From NCBI GenBank assembly GCA_035496575.1, contig DATJEN010000143.1, forward strand, positions 19,120 through 83,119: a stretch of DNA of 64,000 nt, in the 5' to 3' direction. Source of the DNA: Pirellulales bacterium. Its GTDB lineage: Bacteria > Planctomycetota > Planctomycetia > Pirellulales > PALSA-1355. Shown here in pieces: positions 1 through 10,171 of this stretch. Within the stretch, counting starts at the first letter, position 1, and every line of letters starts with the position of its first letter. A program made the position numbers and the translations under genes. The notes under the pieces were generated by a model. It worked only from the letters and a program-made list of their open reading frames with translations, ran no database searches and was not told the DNA's origin.

Positions 1-1036
1 CGACCGACAAGGTCACATATCCAAATGCCCAGGCCATGCCCACCAGCAGGATCAGGTTGGCCAGGAGCGCGTGCCGCGCTCCGCCAAAACCGGCCACGAA
101 CAACAGCCCCACGCCCAACATCGACACGGCGCTAGCCCAGAACATCGAGCTTTGGCTCGAGCGCATCTCGTCGTTTTCCATGATCGGCAAACCGGTGAGG
201 CCAATCTTGGTGCCTGGATGGCGGGCTTGCGTGTGCGCTATCAACGAACGCAGCACGTCGGTGGCTTCGGTGTAGTGATTGAAGCCATCCTGCCCACGAG
301 CCAGCCGCAGCAGCACAAAGCCAAGCTGTCCTTGCTTGGTCAGCAAATAGTCGGAATTGAGCTCGCTCAGAATCGCGAACGAGGAAGGCATCTCGGGCCA
401 AGGTGATTGGTATCGCCGGCGCTGCCCGAGCGATTCGCTTAAGCTCGCGGCCAGGCGCTCGAGCTTCTCGCGTCCCGCTGCCGCGTCCGCGGGAGCGGCG
501 CCGCCTGAGCGCGCCGCGGCCCCGAGCTGCTGCGACAACCCGGCCGCCATGTTGCCGAGGTTCAACGGGGACCAATCGCCGCCCAGAATCGGGCCGAGCT
601 CGTTCAGGAAATGTTCGATTCCCTGCAGCTCTTCGGGCGAAACGTAATGCAGCCCTTTGGAGCGAATCTTGCCGAGATCGACCTCGTGCAGCACCGCATG
701 GAAAAGGCGGTCCTCGCGCGCAAGCGCGGTTGAGAGTTCTTGCAGGACAGGAACAACCTGTTCGCGTCCGGCGCCTTCGACGACGATCACAGCGTCATCT
801 TCGTCGCCAAACTCCTTGATGTACTCAATCCATAAGCGATTGTAGTTGCTCTTGGGATTGAGCAGATCCAGGCGGCTGGTCTGATAGCCCAGGCGCGTAG
901 CGGTCAGGTAGCAGGCGACGCCGGCCAGCGCGATGCAGATAGCAATCGTGGCGACTGGAAACGCCAAGATTGCGCGCGTCATCCAGACAAACGGCCGAGC
1001 TAAGAATAGCTGGTCGGCCGTAGAGGGTCCTTCCAT
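1..1036 (-). CDS. MMPL/RND-superfamily membrane transporter (HpnN-like), N-terminal part; gene continues beyond the left edge
   Basis: Absent from the ORF track because there is no stop in the window. My translation of the minus strand from the ATG at ~1036 is open to position 1: MEGPSTADQLFLARPFVWMTRAILAFPVATIAICIALAGVACYLTATRLGYQTSRLDLLNPKSNYNRLWIEYIKEFGDEDDAVIVVEG...GLTGLPIMENDEMRSSQSSMFWASAVSMLGVGLLFVAGFGG. TM1, a large extracytoplasmic loop and the start of the next TM bundle match MMPL/RND exporters. Confidence 0.7.
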   Translation of the reverse strand, partial: MEGPSTADQLFLARPFVWMTRAILAFPVATIAICIALAGVACYLTATRLGYQTSRLDLLNPKSNYNRLWIEYIKEFGDEDDAVIVVEGAGREQVVPVLQELSTALAREDRLFHAVLHEVDLGKIRSKGLHYVSPEELQGIEHFLNELGPILGGDWSPLNLGNMAAGLSQQLGAAARSGGAAPADAAAGREKLERLAASLSESLGQRRRYQSPWPEMPSSFAILSELNSDYLLTKQGQLGFVLLRLARGQDGFNHYTEATDVLRSLIAHTQARHPGTKIGLTGLPIMENDEMRSSQSSMFWASAVSMLGVGLLFVAGFGGARHALLANLILLVGMAWAFGYVTLSV

Positions 1037-1241
1037 CCCAGCGCCCTACCTCCCTGTGGGGTCGTCGCAGACAAGGTTGCCCGTCCAATTGCACCGGTGG
1101 GCGCTCGAACGTGGGCGGGATTCTAGTGGGGGGCCTCACCACGGCACAAGACGAGTTCAGCACCTGAAAATCAGCCTAAAATGGCCGACCATCAGCGCTT
1201 CAGGCGAGATGCGGCATGAAGCTAGCCAGCGGACGCCGTCC

Positions 1242-2603
1242 TCATTCGGGCAGCGGCTTTCCCTTGGTCTCCGGACAAAACCAGATGAGCACCATGCCGA
1301 CCACATAGATCAGGCTGGTGATCGCGCCGGTGCGCGCGTAGTCTTCGCCGAAGTGATTGAGCAACTGGCCGCTGACGAGCGTGCCGCCGGCCGCCAAAAC
1401 TCGCCCGAAATTGAACGCAAAGCCTTGCGCCGTGGCGCGGATCCGCGTCGGGAAAAGCTCGGGCAGATAGAGCGGCAGCCAGCCGTAGAAGCCGGCCGTC
1501 AAACAACCAGCCAATCCAACCAACGTGAGAAAAGCTCCCCCGAATTCGAGCGGCGCCCCCAAGTGTTCACTGATCTGCGGCAAACGAAACAACGTTCCGC
1601 AAACGAGCAGCGAACCCAGGCAGAGCATGAAATAAGTTCTGCGGCGGCTGAACAGTTCAGCCATGTAAGCGGCTAGCATGGTGCCAATGATCGCGCCAAT
1701 GGCTGAGGCAATCTGCGTATACGAACGCGCGGTGGGCGCTCCGTTGGAAATCTTGTCGGCCCACGACGGCACCCATTGGATCGAGCCCCATGTGCCCAAA
1801 AGCGCCGTTGCGCCCAGGCAGGTGCTGAGGATCGTGTTTCGCGCCAAGCGGCTGGAAAAAATCTCGCGCACGCGGGCTGGCGGCGCTTGGCTGGCGGCGT
1901 GTTGCCAGCGCTCTGACTCCGGGACAAAGATCCGCACGAAAAACGTCAGCACCGCCGGCGCCGCGCCCACGAACATCAAGAGCCGCCAACCGGATTTGTC
2001 CGCTCCGATCAGGCGGGTCACTGAGTCGGCCGATAATCCAAGATCGACGAGCGCCTGTTCGGCGGCGCCGATGAAGCTGGCCATTACGAGCCCCACCAGC
2101 GCAATGAGCAGGAAGCCGACGTTGGCGGCGGCGCCAATCAAGCCCGCCAACATGGGGCGCGATTTGGAGGGCCAGATCTCCATGACCAGTGCGACCCCGA
2201 GCGACCACTCGCCGCCCATGCCCAGCGATGCCACGAAGCGCAAGACCGCCAGTTGCAGCGGCGTGTCGGCGAAACCGCACAGGCCAGAAAAAATCGCATA
2301 CGTAAGCACGCTCCACACCATGGCGCGCACGCGGCCGATGCGATCACCGAGCCAGCCGAACAGCAGGCCGCCGCCCGCCGCACCCAACAGGAACATGGCG
2401 GTAATGCCGGATAGCCAGGTCCCCATGTCGGCCTCGGCGCTGGGCCCTAATAGCTCGCGCAGGGCCGGACGCGCGCACAAGGGAAATAGCCCCTGCTCCA
2501 AGCCATCGAACATCCAGCCCAGAAAAGCGGCCGCCAGTGCCATGTACTCGCCGCGACGCGAAACGTTAGGGGCTCCAATCGTTTCGATTCCGTTCTTGCT
2601 CAT
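1242..2603 (-). CDS. MFS transporter
   Basis: 453-aa ORF with about 12 hydrophobic segments. It has the MFS loop motif GWLGDRIGRVRAM (GxLxDRxGRR-like) and a second-half repeat. Confidence 0.85.
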   Translation of the reverse strand: MSKNGIETIGAPNVSRRGEYMALAAAFLGWMFDGLEQGLFPLCARPALRELLGPSAEADMGTWLSGITAMFLLGAAGGGLLFGWLGDRIGRVRAMVWSVLTYAIFSGLCGFADTPLQLAVLRFVASLGMGGEWSLGVALVMEIWPSKSRPMLAGLIGAAANVGFLLIALVGLVMASFIGAAEQALVDLGLSADSVTRLIGADKSGWRLLMFVGAAPAVLTFFVRIFVPESERWQHAASQAPPARVREIFSSRLARNTILSTCLGATALLGTWGSIQWVPSWADKISNGAPTARSYTQIASAIGAIIGTMLAAYMAELFSRRRTYFMLCLGSLLVCGTLFRLPQISEHLGAPLEFGGAFLTLVGLAGCLTAGFYGWLPLYLPELFPTRIRATAQGFAFNFGRVLAAGGTLVSGQLLNHFGEDYARTGAITSLIYVVGMVLIWFCPETKGKPLPE

Positions 2604-2613
2604 TCGAATGCTT

Positions 2614-4245
2614 TCAAGTTTCCAGGCCAGCGCGCGTGTTTAAAGCCGTGGCTGGGCGCGGACCAAACAGCGCGGCAATCAATTCGACTGAAGGTGGCTT
2701 GGTCACGAGAGTCGTCAGCACGCCGACGATCGCTGAAACCGCCAATCCCCACACGATAGGATCCAGGCCGAGCAGTTGGTACGGTTCGAAGAACCGCTTG
2801 CTCTCCAACAAAGGACCGCACAAGAACAGCGCAAGCGCGGTCATCGCTCCGGCGACCATGCTTGCCAGAGTTCCGGCGGCTGTCGCGCGCCGCCAAAAAG
2901 CCAACATCAACGCAGCCGTCACGAATGTAGACGCCAGCCCGGTCGCGCTGAATACCACCAGCTTTTGCAAGAAGTCGACCGGCTGCACGTTCGAGGCGAC
3001 GCCAATCAGGCCGAACGCGATCATGACCAGGCGCGACACGCGACGAATTTCGGCGTCTCCGGCGGCGGGCCGCAAGAAGCGCTGATAGATATCGCGGACC
3101 ACCCCCGAGGCGATTACCACCAGATACGTGCTGACCGTCGCCATCACGGCTCCAAACGGGGCTGCCAGAATCAACCCGCTCAACAGCGATCCGCCGCTCC
3201 ACCCCTGCGTGGACCAGATGGCCAGCCGCGGGATGATTTCGTCCTCGGGGGTCACGTGTGGCATCAGCGCCCGCGCGCAAATACAGATGACGATCAGGGG
3301 CAGATAGATCAACAGATTGTAAATCGAGAGCAACACAATCGAGCGCCGCAGCGTGGCGGTGTCCTTGCAGGCCATCACGCGAACCATGCCGGCCGGAGAC
3401 CCGATGCCGCCGATCGGCCACACGAAAAAGAAAGAGATCGCCGAGCCCAGCAGCAAGAACGGAGGCTTGTCGGCTTTCGGCAGTCCGGGACCCGATGCGA
3501 ATTGCGGCCCCGTCGCCGAGAGCGCCTCGACGGTCGGGCTGGCCCAGCCGGACTGGCTCGCCACGGGCACCACGAGGCAAAACAACAGAATCACCCCAAT
3601 CGCCATCAGGACGCTTTGAAATAAGTCGGTCCACACCGAGGCGAGAAATCCACCGATCAGCGTGTAGCCAACTACCGTGACCGTGAACAGGGCCAGGCCC
3701 AACAAGTAAGCCCGATCGACGCCATCCGCGGCGATTTCCTCCGTTAGCGCCAGCCCACCGGCATGAGGCCAGGCGAGTTTCATGACGATGGCGCCGGCTT
3801 TGAACTGCGCGATCATGAGAAAGCTCATGAACCCCATGATGAACAGCGATGCGACCAGGCCCACGCGCTCGTCGCCGAAGCGGGCGTCGAAGAGGTCCGG
3901 CACCGTGATGGCGCCTGTGCGCCGCGATAATTGCGCGAAGCGCTTTCCAAGCACCGCGAAACCCGTGATTGGCACGGCCATGTAGCCGGCGATCCACAGC
4001 GCCACAATCCAGCCGTGGGTATACACCAGCGCCGGAAATCCCATGAAGGTGCCGCCACTTTGCACGGTGGCGGTCAGGGCAAGGGCCCACGCGCCCAATC
4101 CGCGATTTCCCAGGAAGAAGCCCTGCACGAATCCGCCGCGCTCCACGGCTTTTTCGGCGCGCGTGCCCAGCCACACCGAGATGGCCATGACCACCAACAG
4201 CATGATCATGGTGCCATAGCCTACCGAGAGCCCAGCACTATCCAT
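2614..4245 (-). CDS. Sodium:solute symporter family protein (PanF-like)
   Basis: 543-aa polytopic ORF. The N-terminal region FFLGNRGLGAWALALTATVQSGGTFMGFPALVYTHGW...LGKRFAQLSRRTGAITVPDLFDARF is colinear with the E. coli PanF/SSS N-terminus. It is paired with a YhdT-like small protein. Confidence 0.85.
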   Translation of the reverse strand: MDSAGLSVGYGTMIMLLVVMAISVWLGTRAEKAVERGGFVQGFFLGNRGLGAWALALTATVQSGGTFMGFPALVYTHGWIVALWIAGYMAVPITGFAVLGKRFAQLSRRTGAITVPDLFDARFGDERVGLVASLFIMGFMSFLMIAQFKAGAIVMKLAWPHAGGLALTEEIAADGVDRAYLLGLALFTVTVVGYTLIGGFLASVWTDLFQSVLMAIGVILLFCLVVPVASQSGWASPTVEALSATGPQFASGPGLPKADKPPFLLLGSAISFFFVWPIGGIGSPAGMVRVMACKDTATLRRSIVLLSIYNLLIYLPLIVICICARALMPHVTPEDEIIPRLAIWSTQGWSGGSLLSGLILAAPFGAVMATVSTYLVVIASGVVRDIYQRFLRPAAGDAEIRRVSRLVMIAFGLIGVASNVQPVDFLQKLVVFSATGLASTFVTAALMLAFWRRATAAGTLASMVAGAMTALALFLCGPLLESKRFFEPYQLLGLDPIVWGLAVSAIVGVLTTLVTKPPSVELIAALFGPRPATALNTRAGLET

Positions 4246-4585
4246 GCACGGTCTCTCCGGCGGCCGGAGCGGGCAGCGAACTTTCGTCTTCGAGCGGTTC
4301 GTCTCCCATGAATCTGAAAGCGAACCAGGTGGAGACGATCACGCACGAAATCCACGGCACCACAATGCCCCAAAAAACCCAATCCGGAAACCACAGCACG
4401 AAAGTCAACGCCTCGGGCGCGCGGTCGTATCCGTTCAGGTAGCAATAGGTGATGGTGTAGACCATGGAAACCAGCCACAAGGCCAGCGCGAACAGGGCTT
4501 CGCGGCGTGCCGAGCGCACCAGCCGATCTTCGCCGCGCGTGGCGCTAGCGGGCGAACCTTGCTGCGGACGGTCGAAAGAAGTCAT
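4238..4585 (-). CDS. YhdT-like (DUF997) small membrane protein, partner of the symporter
   Basis: Two TM segments and an acidic tail (FRFMGDEPLEDESS), resembling E. coli YhdT (…FIYRDIPLEDDD). Its stop overlaps the symporter start by 8 nt. I prefer the internal ATG (MTSFDRPQQ…) over the track start at 4654. Confidence 0.6.
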   Translation of the reverse strand: MTSFDRPQQGSPASATRGEDRLVRSARREALFALALWLVSMVYTITYCYLNGYDRAPEALTFVLWFPDWVFWGIVVPWISCVIVSTWFAFRFMGDEPLEDESSLPAPAAGETVHG

Positions 4586-4666
4586 GCAGAGAAGATACTG
4601 CAAGCGGCGCGCGGTTGCCAGAATCAAAACAATGACCGCCGCCGCGATAGGCACTCGCTTAGCGCG

Positions 4667-5908
4667 TCAGCCCTCGGCGCGAACCGCATCGTCTGCGCCA
4701 CCCGAGTTGACGGCCGTTGGTCCCTCGTCGACGGCGGGAACGCCGTCTGGCCCCGTCTTGAGGGGCGGCAATCCATGCAGATCGCGCTCTTCGGGCAGAA
4801 AGACCTCGTCGAATTCGGTCGCATCGACGTGCCGGCGCAGTAAGAAGTAGATGGCGGTCGATGCGCACCAGAAGTAGCTAAAGATAAATCCGAAGGCCAG
4901 CGTGCGCAGCACGTTGTTCCAGAAACTAATGAGCGCGGTGCCCGCATTGCCGAGGATGCCCAATTCCTCGCGGCGCAGCACGAGGTCCAGGCGATTGGCG
5001 CCGCTGCCCCAGCCCACGGCCCAACTGATGGTGCCCATGATCCAGAATGTGAACAGCGACACGATGTACCATCCCAGCACGCCGACCAGGGCCGCGACCA
5101 GGACATAGAACAGATAGTGCAAGGGGCGCTGGTAGGCGTAGGAATAGGAATGGCTGAGCGCGCCGAACGAGTCGGTGCCTTCGGTGCTGATGGCGGCCCA
5201 CATCAAGGGCCAACTAAAGAATAAACCCAGCAGCAAGAAGGCCATGATAAAGCCATCGAGCAGCACGAGCGGCCACACGATTCCCGCCACAAGCACGCCC
5301 ACCTCGCTGCGCATGATGAGCCCCAGCAGCATCAAAAACACAGCCGCGAGCGCCACTCCCAAGAGCGGAAACAAGGGCGCCACGAAATACGAGCCCAGCC
5401 GCGAGCGCGCAAAACCGGTCAACCTCACCCAGGAGACGTTTTCGTTGCGCGCAAGCGCGATGGCCGCCTGCCGCGTGATGGCGCCCCCAAAGAACGACCA
5501 GATGAACAAGCTCCACAGCGCGCAGGCCAACAGGTACATCAGGCGCGTGAAGTCCTGCACTTCGAACATCTGCACGAACGCGCGCGTGATCTCGTTCCAT
5601 GCCACCACGATGGGGCTCGTGCGCCGCCAGGTCTCCGTGTGCTCGAGCTCCTCGAGCGGAGCATGCACGAGCGGCAGTTCCCAGGGCCAGGCCGAATCCA
5701 CCGCGATACGTGTCTCGAGCCAGCCATCGTTGGATTCGGCAAACAAACTGCCCAAGATGCGCCAACCGGCGACCATTCCGGCCAGGGCGATGGCCGCCAG
5801 CAACAGCGCGCGAAAGTTGAGCGCCAACCGCACTGCGCGAAACAGCCGCACCGCTGGAAACGCCTCGGGCCAATCGACGTTCGTAAGCGCCACGCGCTCG
5901 GCTGCCAT
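4667..5908 (-). CDS. Hypothetical polytopic membrane protein
   Basis: 421-aa ORF in the track (start 5932, GTG). An ATG at 5908 (MAAERV…) is preceded by GGAGG about 7 nt upstream. Multiple TM segments. No family recognised. Confidence 0.7.
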   Translation of the reverse strand: MAAERVALTNVDWPEAFPAVRLFRAVRLALNFRALLLAAIALAGMVAGWRILGSLFAESNDGWLETRIAVDSAWPWELPLVHAPLEELEHTETWRRTSPIVVAWNEITRAFVQMFEVQDFTRLMYLLACALWSLFIWSFFGGAITRQAAIALARNENVSWVRLTGFARSRLGSYFVAPLFPLLGVALAAVFLMLLGLIMRSEVGVLVAGIVWPLVLLDGFIMAFLLLGLFFSWPLMWAAISTEGTDSFGALSHSYSYAYQRPLHYLFYVLVAALVGVLGWYIVSLFTFWIMGTISWAVGWGSGANRLDLVLRREELGILGNAGTALISFWNNVLRTLAFGFIFSYFWCASTAIYFLLRRHVDATEFDEVFLPEERDLHGLPPLKTGPDGVPAVDEGPTAVNSGGADDAVRAEG

Positions 5909-5955
5909 AACCAACCTCCGCTTAATGTGCACGCCTGAGTAGCTGGACAGCGGCG

Positions 5956-5984
5956 ATTATACGAGTTGAGCGGTCGGGCAAGAA
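5956..5984 (-). promoter_or_regulatory. Candidate sigma-70-type promoter (TTCTTG-17 nt-TATAAT) for the membrane-protein gene
   Basis: The minus strand reads TTCTTGCCCGACCGCTCAACTCGTATAAT. The -10 is a perfect TATAAT about 45 nt upstream of the ATG at 5908. The -35 is weak. Confidence 0.35.
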
Positions 5985-6042
5985 TAGAGAATCCCGGTAA
6001 GCTCAGAGACGCGGAGGGCGGCGAGGCTGATTAGACCGCGGC

Positions 6043-6231
6043 TCAGTCGTTTTCACTCTCGTCCGACCGATCGGAACCCTCGTCGGACAAATCGCGCACC
6101 GGGATGGAAATGTCCTCGTTCAACCAGCGGCCGAGGTCAATCTGCCGGCAGCGCGGACTGCAAAATGGCATGAACCGCGAAGCCTGCGGATCGAAGTTTT
6201 TGCCGCAAGTGGGGCAGCGCACCTGTGTCAT
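6043..6231 (-). CDS. yacG: DNA gyrase inhibitor YacG (zinc-finger protein)
   Basis: 62 aa. CPTCGK…[15 protein letters not shown] is the YacG Cys4 signature. Confidence 0.85.
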   Translation of the reverse strand: MTQVRCPTCGKNFDPQASRFMPFCSPRCRQIDLGRWLNEDISIPVRDLSDEGSDRSDESEND

Positions 6232-6240
6232 GGGAACAAG

Positions 6241-6570
6241 CTATTCCGACTTCTTGGGCTTGGCGGAGGCCGGCTTCGTCTCCGATTTCGCAGCTCCGTT
6301 CGTGCTCTCGCCGCTTTTCGCGCTCTTCGAGTCGCTCTTCGATTCACCGCTCGATGAATCGGCGCTGGCCGCCTTTTTATAGGACTCGCTACGATAGTCG
6401 GTTTGGTAGAAACCCGAGCCCTTGAACATGATGGCAGCGCCCGTGCCAAACAGGCGGCGCAATTTCATTTTGCCGCACTCCGGACATTTGCGCTGCACGG
6501 GGTCGTTGATCGACTGAAACAGCTCGAACTTGTGGCCGCAGGCGTCGCAAAGGTAATCGTAGGTTGGCAT
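6241..6570 (-). CDS. FmdB-family zinc-ribbon protein (CxxC_CxxC_SSSS)
   Basis: MPTYDYLCDACGHKFELFQSINDPVQRKCPECG…FKGSGFYQTDY is the canonical FmdB/putative regulatory zinc-ribbon N-terminus. The C-terminus is low-complexity and Ser/Lys-rich. Confidence 0.85.
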   Translation of the reverse strand: MPTYDYLCDACGHKFELFQSINDPVQRKCPECGKMKLRRLFGTGAAIMFKGSGFYQTDYRSESYKKAASADSSSGESKSDSKSAKSGESTNGAAKSETKPASAKPKKSE

Positions 6571-6606
6571 AGATCTCCAATGGTCGGATGCTTCTATCCG
6601 CTGGCC

Positions 6607-7164
6607 TTACTTGCTGAGCGGCGTCGACACGATCACCTGCGCCGGCCGCACAACCCGCTCGTGAAGCGTGTAGCCATCTTGGGCCACGAGCACGACCGTG
6701 TTGGGCGGAAATTCGTCGGTCGGTTGTTGGGAGATTGCCTCGTGAAAGGCTGGATCAAATGGCTGGTGGAGTGCCGCGATCTGCCGGCAGTCGTGCTTCG
6801 CCAAAGTATTGACCAGGCTCTGCGCCACCATCTTGACGCCCTCGAGCAGACCGTTGCCGCCGGATGAGTCCGCGGCGCCGATCGCCCGTTGCAGATTGTC
6901 GAGCACCGGCAACAAATCTCGCAACAGCGGCAGAGCCGCGTAGCGGCGCTCATCGTCCAGCTCGCGGCGGGCCCGCTTGCGATAGTTGTCCAATTCGGCT
7001 TGCGCGCGCAACACGCGGTCGCTGGCGTCCTCCAAATCGATGCGCAGCTTCGAGATTTCCGCTTCGCTGGCATCCAGGGCCGCGTCGGCGGCCGCCGAGT
7101 CGATCGCGCCTGATCCGATCGGCAGCGAATCGGGATTTGTTCTGTTTCGTGATGAATCGGCCAT
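6607..7164 (-). CDS. grpE: Nucleotide exchange factor GrpE
   Basis: 185 aa. It has the coiled-coil region plus the GrpE core (…RAQAELDNYRKRARRELDDERRYAALPLLRDLLPVLDNLQRA…FDPAFHEAI…). Confidence 0.95.
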   Translation of the reverse strand: MADSSRNRTNPDSLPIGSGAIDSAAADAALDASEAEISKLRIDLEDASDRVLRAQAELDNYRKRARRELDDERRYAALPLLRDLLPVLDNLQRAIGAADSSGGNGLLEGVKMVAQSLVNTLAKHDCRQIAALHQPFDPAFHEAISQQPTDEFPPNTVVLVAQDGYTLHERVVRPAQVIVSTPLSK

Positions 7165-7185
7165 GTTATTCTCCGCTGGGCTGCA

Positions 7186-8313
7186 TCAGCCTTCGCCGAA
7201 ATACTCGCGCACCTTCTCGAAGAAGCTCTTTCGGTGCGGAGTCACTTCCACGTGCTCGTGCTCCGCCAGTTGCCGTAGCAGTTCCTCTTGCTTGGAACTA
7301 ATCGTCTTGGGCACTTCGATGTTCACCTGCACCAGCAAGTCCCCGATGCCTCGCGCACGCGGACTGGGCATGCCGCGCCCGCGCACCTTGAACAACTCGC
7401 CCGATTGCGTTCCCGCGGGCACTCTCAGATCGACCGGACCGTCGAGTGAGGGCACCTCGATGGTCGAGCCGAGCGCCGCCTGCGAGTACGAAATGGGGAT
7501 GCGAACAATCAAGTGCTGGCCGTCGCGCTGGAAGAGTGGATGCTCTTTAACCTTGATGAAACAATAACAATCGCCGCGCGGTCCGCCGTTCGTGCTCGGG
7601 TCGCCTTCGCCGGGCAAGCGAACCCGCATTTGATCGTCGATGCCGGCGGGAATCTGCACGTCGCGCTTGACTCGCTGCCGCACGTAGCCCGCCGCGCGGC
7701 ATTTGGCACAGGGCTCTTTGACGATCGAGCCTGCGCCGTGGCAGGAGGGGCAGGTCGTCTGCACGCGAAAGATGCCGGTGCTCTGCACCACCTGGCCCCG
7801 GCCTCCACAGTAGCTGCACGTCAGGCGCGCCGAACCAGCTTTGGCGCCGGTCCCCTGGCAATCCTCGCACACTTCGTGCCGTTCGAACTCCACGGTTTTG
7901 CTGACGCCCCGCGCCGCTTCGACCAGGTCCAGCGTGACATCGCAACGCACGTCGCCGCCCTTGTTAGCTCGACGTCCGCCACCTCGCCCGCCGAAGATGT
8001 CGCCGAACGCGCTGTCGCCAAAGATGTCGCCAAACGCCGCGAAGATGTCGTTGACGTCCGTGAAATGCCGACCGGCAGCCGCGCCCGCATGACCATAGCG
8101 GTCGTAGCGCGCGCGTCTATCGCGGTCGCCGAGCACTTCGAATGCTTCGGCCGCTTCTTTAAATAGCGCGATCGCGTCTTCGTCCCCCGGATTTTTGTCG
8201 GGGTGATGCTTGATCGCCAAACGGCGATACGCCTCCGCGATCACTTTGTCCGAGGCCGTGCGCTCCACGCCCAGGACCTCGTAATAGTCACGTTTGCCGG
8301 ACATTGTCGCCAT
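7186..8313 (-). CDS. dnaJ: Molecular chaperone DnaJ
   Basis: J-domain with HPD (KHHPDKNP), a G/F-rich linker, and four CxxCxGxG motifs (CEDCQGTG, CSYCGGRG, CPSCHGAG, CAKCRAAG). Confidence 0.97.
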   Translation of the reverse strand: MATMSGKRDYYEVLGVERTASDKVIAEAYRRLAIKHHPDKNPGDEDAIALFKEAAEAFEVLGDRDRRARYDRYGHAGAAAGRHFTDVNDIFAAFGDIFGDSAFGDIFGGRGGGRRANKGGDVRCDVTLDLVEAARGVSKTVEFERHEVCEDCQGTGAKAGSARLTCSYCGGRGQVVQSTGIFRVQTTCPSCHGAGSIVKEPCAKCRAAGYVRQRVKRDVQIPAGIDDQMRVRLPGEGDPSTNGGPRGDCYCFIKVKEHPLFQRDGQHLIVRIPISYSQAALGSTIEVPSLDGPVDLRVPAGTQSGELFKVRGRGMPSPRARGIGDLLVQVNIEVPKTISSKQEELLRQLAEHEHVEVTPHRKSFFEKVREYFGEG

Positions 8314-8355
8314 GGGGTTCCGTTCGTTTAGCGCTCGCTGCGCGTCTAGACCCTA

Positions 8356-8361
8356 AATTAT
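8356..8361 (-). promoter_or_regulatory. Candidate -10 box (perfect TATAAT) upstream of dnaJ
   Basis: The minus strand reads …TTTTGCCCGCGCACTATAATTTAGGG…, about 43 nt upstream of the dnaJ ATG. There is no convincing -35. Confidence 0.3.
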
Positions 8362-8413
8362 AGTGCGCGGGCAAAATCGCAGTAGGCGAGCTTTTGCAGC
8401 CCGCGCCGCGAAC

Positions 8414-8445
8414 GGGCCACCTCAGTTGGTCGTCTGAGATGGCCC
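8414..8445 (-). other. 12-bp stem hairpin (1 mismatch) between groEL and dnaJ
   Basis: GGGCCACCTCAG-ttggtcgt-CTGAGATGGCCC, about 30 nt downstream of the groEL stop. No U-tract follows, so it is a possible processing, attenuation or stability element rather than a classical terminator. Confidence 0.35.
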
Positions 8446-8472
8446 GCTTGCCTGGTGCGCGCGATAGTGGTT

Positions 8473-10092
8473 CTAGCGAATGCTGCCTTCCACGCGATTC
8501 TTGGCCTTATCGTCCTTGTCCAGGGTGGTGACCAGCGCCTCGGTCGTCAGCATCAAGCCCGCAATGCTGGCGGCATTGCTCAAGGCACTACGCACGACCT
8601 TGACCGGATCTATGATGCCGGCCTTCAGCATGTCGACATACTTGCCGGCGTTGGCGTCATAGCCCGTGTTGGTGGGCTTTTCGCGGACTTCGTCGACCAC
8701 CACCGAACCATCGATGCCGCAGTTGTCGGCGATCTGCTTCATGGGAGCGGTCAGAGCATGCAGCACGATGTCGACGCCGATCCGCTCGTCGCCTTTGCAC
8801 TGCGAGCGTACGCCCTCGACCGCCTCGGTGCACCGTAATAGCGCTACGCCGCCGCCGGGCAGAATGCCCTCTTCAACAGCCGCGCGTGTCGCATGCAGCG
8901 CGTCTTCGACTCGGGCTTTCTTCTGCTTCATGTCGCTCTCGGTGCCCGCGCCGACGGAGATGATCGCCACGCCGCCGGTCAGCTTCGCCAATCGCTCCTG
9001 AAACTTTTCTTTGTCGTAGTCGCTTTCGGTCGCGTCGATCTGATTGCGAATCTGCTGAATCCGATTTTGGATTTCGGCGGGCTTGCCAGCGCCCTTCACG
9101 ATGGTGGTCGCTTCTTTGTCGACGGTGATCTGCTTGGCGCGGCCCAGGTGCTCCAGTCCCAGGTTCTCGAGCTTAAGCCCCAGATCTTCGCTGATCAGCG
9201 TGCCCGCGGTCAGCACCGCGATGTCGCCCAGCATGGCCTTGCGGCGGTCGCCGAATCCAGGCGCCTTGACGGCGCACACGTTGAGCACGCCGCGCAGCTT
9301 GTTCACCACCAACGTCGTGAGCGCTTCGCCATCGACGTCCTCGGCAATGATCAAAAGCGGCTTGCCCGAGTGGGCGACCTTCTCGAGCAAAGGCACCAAC
9401 TCGCGGAGATTGCTCACTTTTTTCTCGTGGATCAAGATGAGCGCGTCCTCGAGCAAACAGTCCATCTCCGAAGGCCGGTTGATGAAATAGGGCGAGAGGT
9501 AGCCCTTGTCGAACTGCATGCCTTCGACGAGCTCTTTGGTCGTCTCGGTGGTCTTGCCCTCTTCGACGGTGATCACGCCGTCTTTGCCGACTTTCTCCAT
9601 GACGTCGGCCAGCAGCTCGCCAATGGTTGGATCGTTGTTGGCGCTGATGGCGCCGACCTGGGCAATCTCGTCCTTCTTCGAAACCGGCTTCGCCATGGAG
9701 TGCAGCTTTTCGATGGCAGCCTCCACGGCCTTCTCGATCCCACGACGCACGGCCATGGGGTTGCTGCCGGCGGCAATATTACGCGTGCCTTCCTTGAAGA
9801 TGGCCCGCGCCAGCACGGTCGCCGTGGTGGTTCCGTCGCCGGCGATGTCCGAAGTCTTGGAGGCGACTTCGTTGACGAGCTTCGCACCCATGTTCTCAAA
9901 ACGGTCTTCCAGCTCGACTTCCTTGCTGACCGTCACGCCGTCCTTCGTCACCGTGGGTCCGCCAAACGATTTGTCGATGATGACGTTGCGGCCAGTGGGA
10001 CCCATCGTGACGGCCACGGCGTCGGCCAGCTTTTCAACGCCACGCAGCATCTTGGCGCGGGCGGAATCCTCAAACAGTAATTGCTTTGCCAC
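8473..10092 (-). CDS. groEL: Chaperonin GroEL (copy without a GGM tail)
   Basis: 539 aa. It starts [37 protein letters not shown]…, a full-length Cpn60. The C-terminus ends …[16 protein letters not shown] with no Gly-Gly-Met repeats. Confidence 0.97.
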   Translation of the reverse strand: MAKQLLFEDSARAKMLRGVEKLADAVAVTMGPTGRNVIIDKSFGGPTVTKDGVTVSKEVELEDRFENMGAKLVNEVASKTSDIAGDGTTTATVLARAIFKEGTRNIAAGSNPMAVRRGIEKAVEAAIEKLHSMAKPVSKKDEIAQVGAISANNDPTIGELLADVMEKVGKDGVITVEEGKTTETTKELVEGMQFDKGYLSPYFINRPSEMDCLLEDALILIHEKKVSNLRELVPLLEKVAHSGKPLLIIAEDVDGEALTTLVVNKLRGVLNVCAVKAPGFGDRRKAMLGDIAVLTAGTLISEDLGLKLENLGLEHLGRAKQITVDKEATTIVKGAGKPAEIQNRIQQIRNQIDATESDYDKEKFQERLAKLTGGVAIISVGAGTESDMKQKKARVEDALHATRAAVEEGILPGGGVALLRCTEAVEGVRSQCKGDERIGVDIVLHALTAPMKQIADNCGIDGSVVVDEVREKPTNTGYDANAGKYVDMLKAGIIDPVKVVRSALSNAASIAGLMLTTEALVTTLDKDDKAKNRVEGSIR

Positions 10093-10171
10093 AGTGGCCT
10101 TCCTTCATGTTGAAGTTTGTATGCGAAATCGGCGGGAAACTTTTCGCCCCCGCCTGCAGCTCGATTTTTTT

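Noticed and set aside
1037-1241. Intergenic sequence with GCTCGAACG / GGGATTC fragments, checked as a possible tRNA. All other spacers were also checked for tRNA, rRNA, CRISPR repeats and IS ends.
   Set aside because: No cloverleaf-compatible arms or GTTCGAATC-type T-loop. No direct-repeat arrays. No transposase or integrase ORFs anywhere in the window.
2600-4174. 524-aa ORF on the minus strand overlapping the symporter gene in another frame. Similar long ORFs occur at 1678-2643(+), 17229-18161(-), 18835-19767(-) and 32521-33192(-).
   Set aside because: Their translations are Arg/Ala/Gly/Pro-rich and low-complexity, as is typical of off-frame reading in GC-rich DNA. Each is fully overlapped by a gene with clear family signatures.
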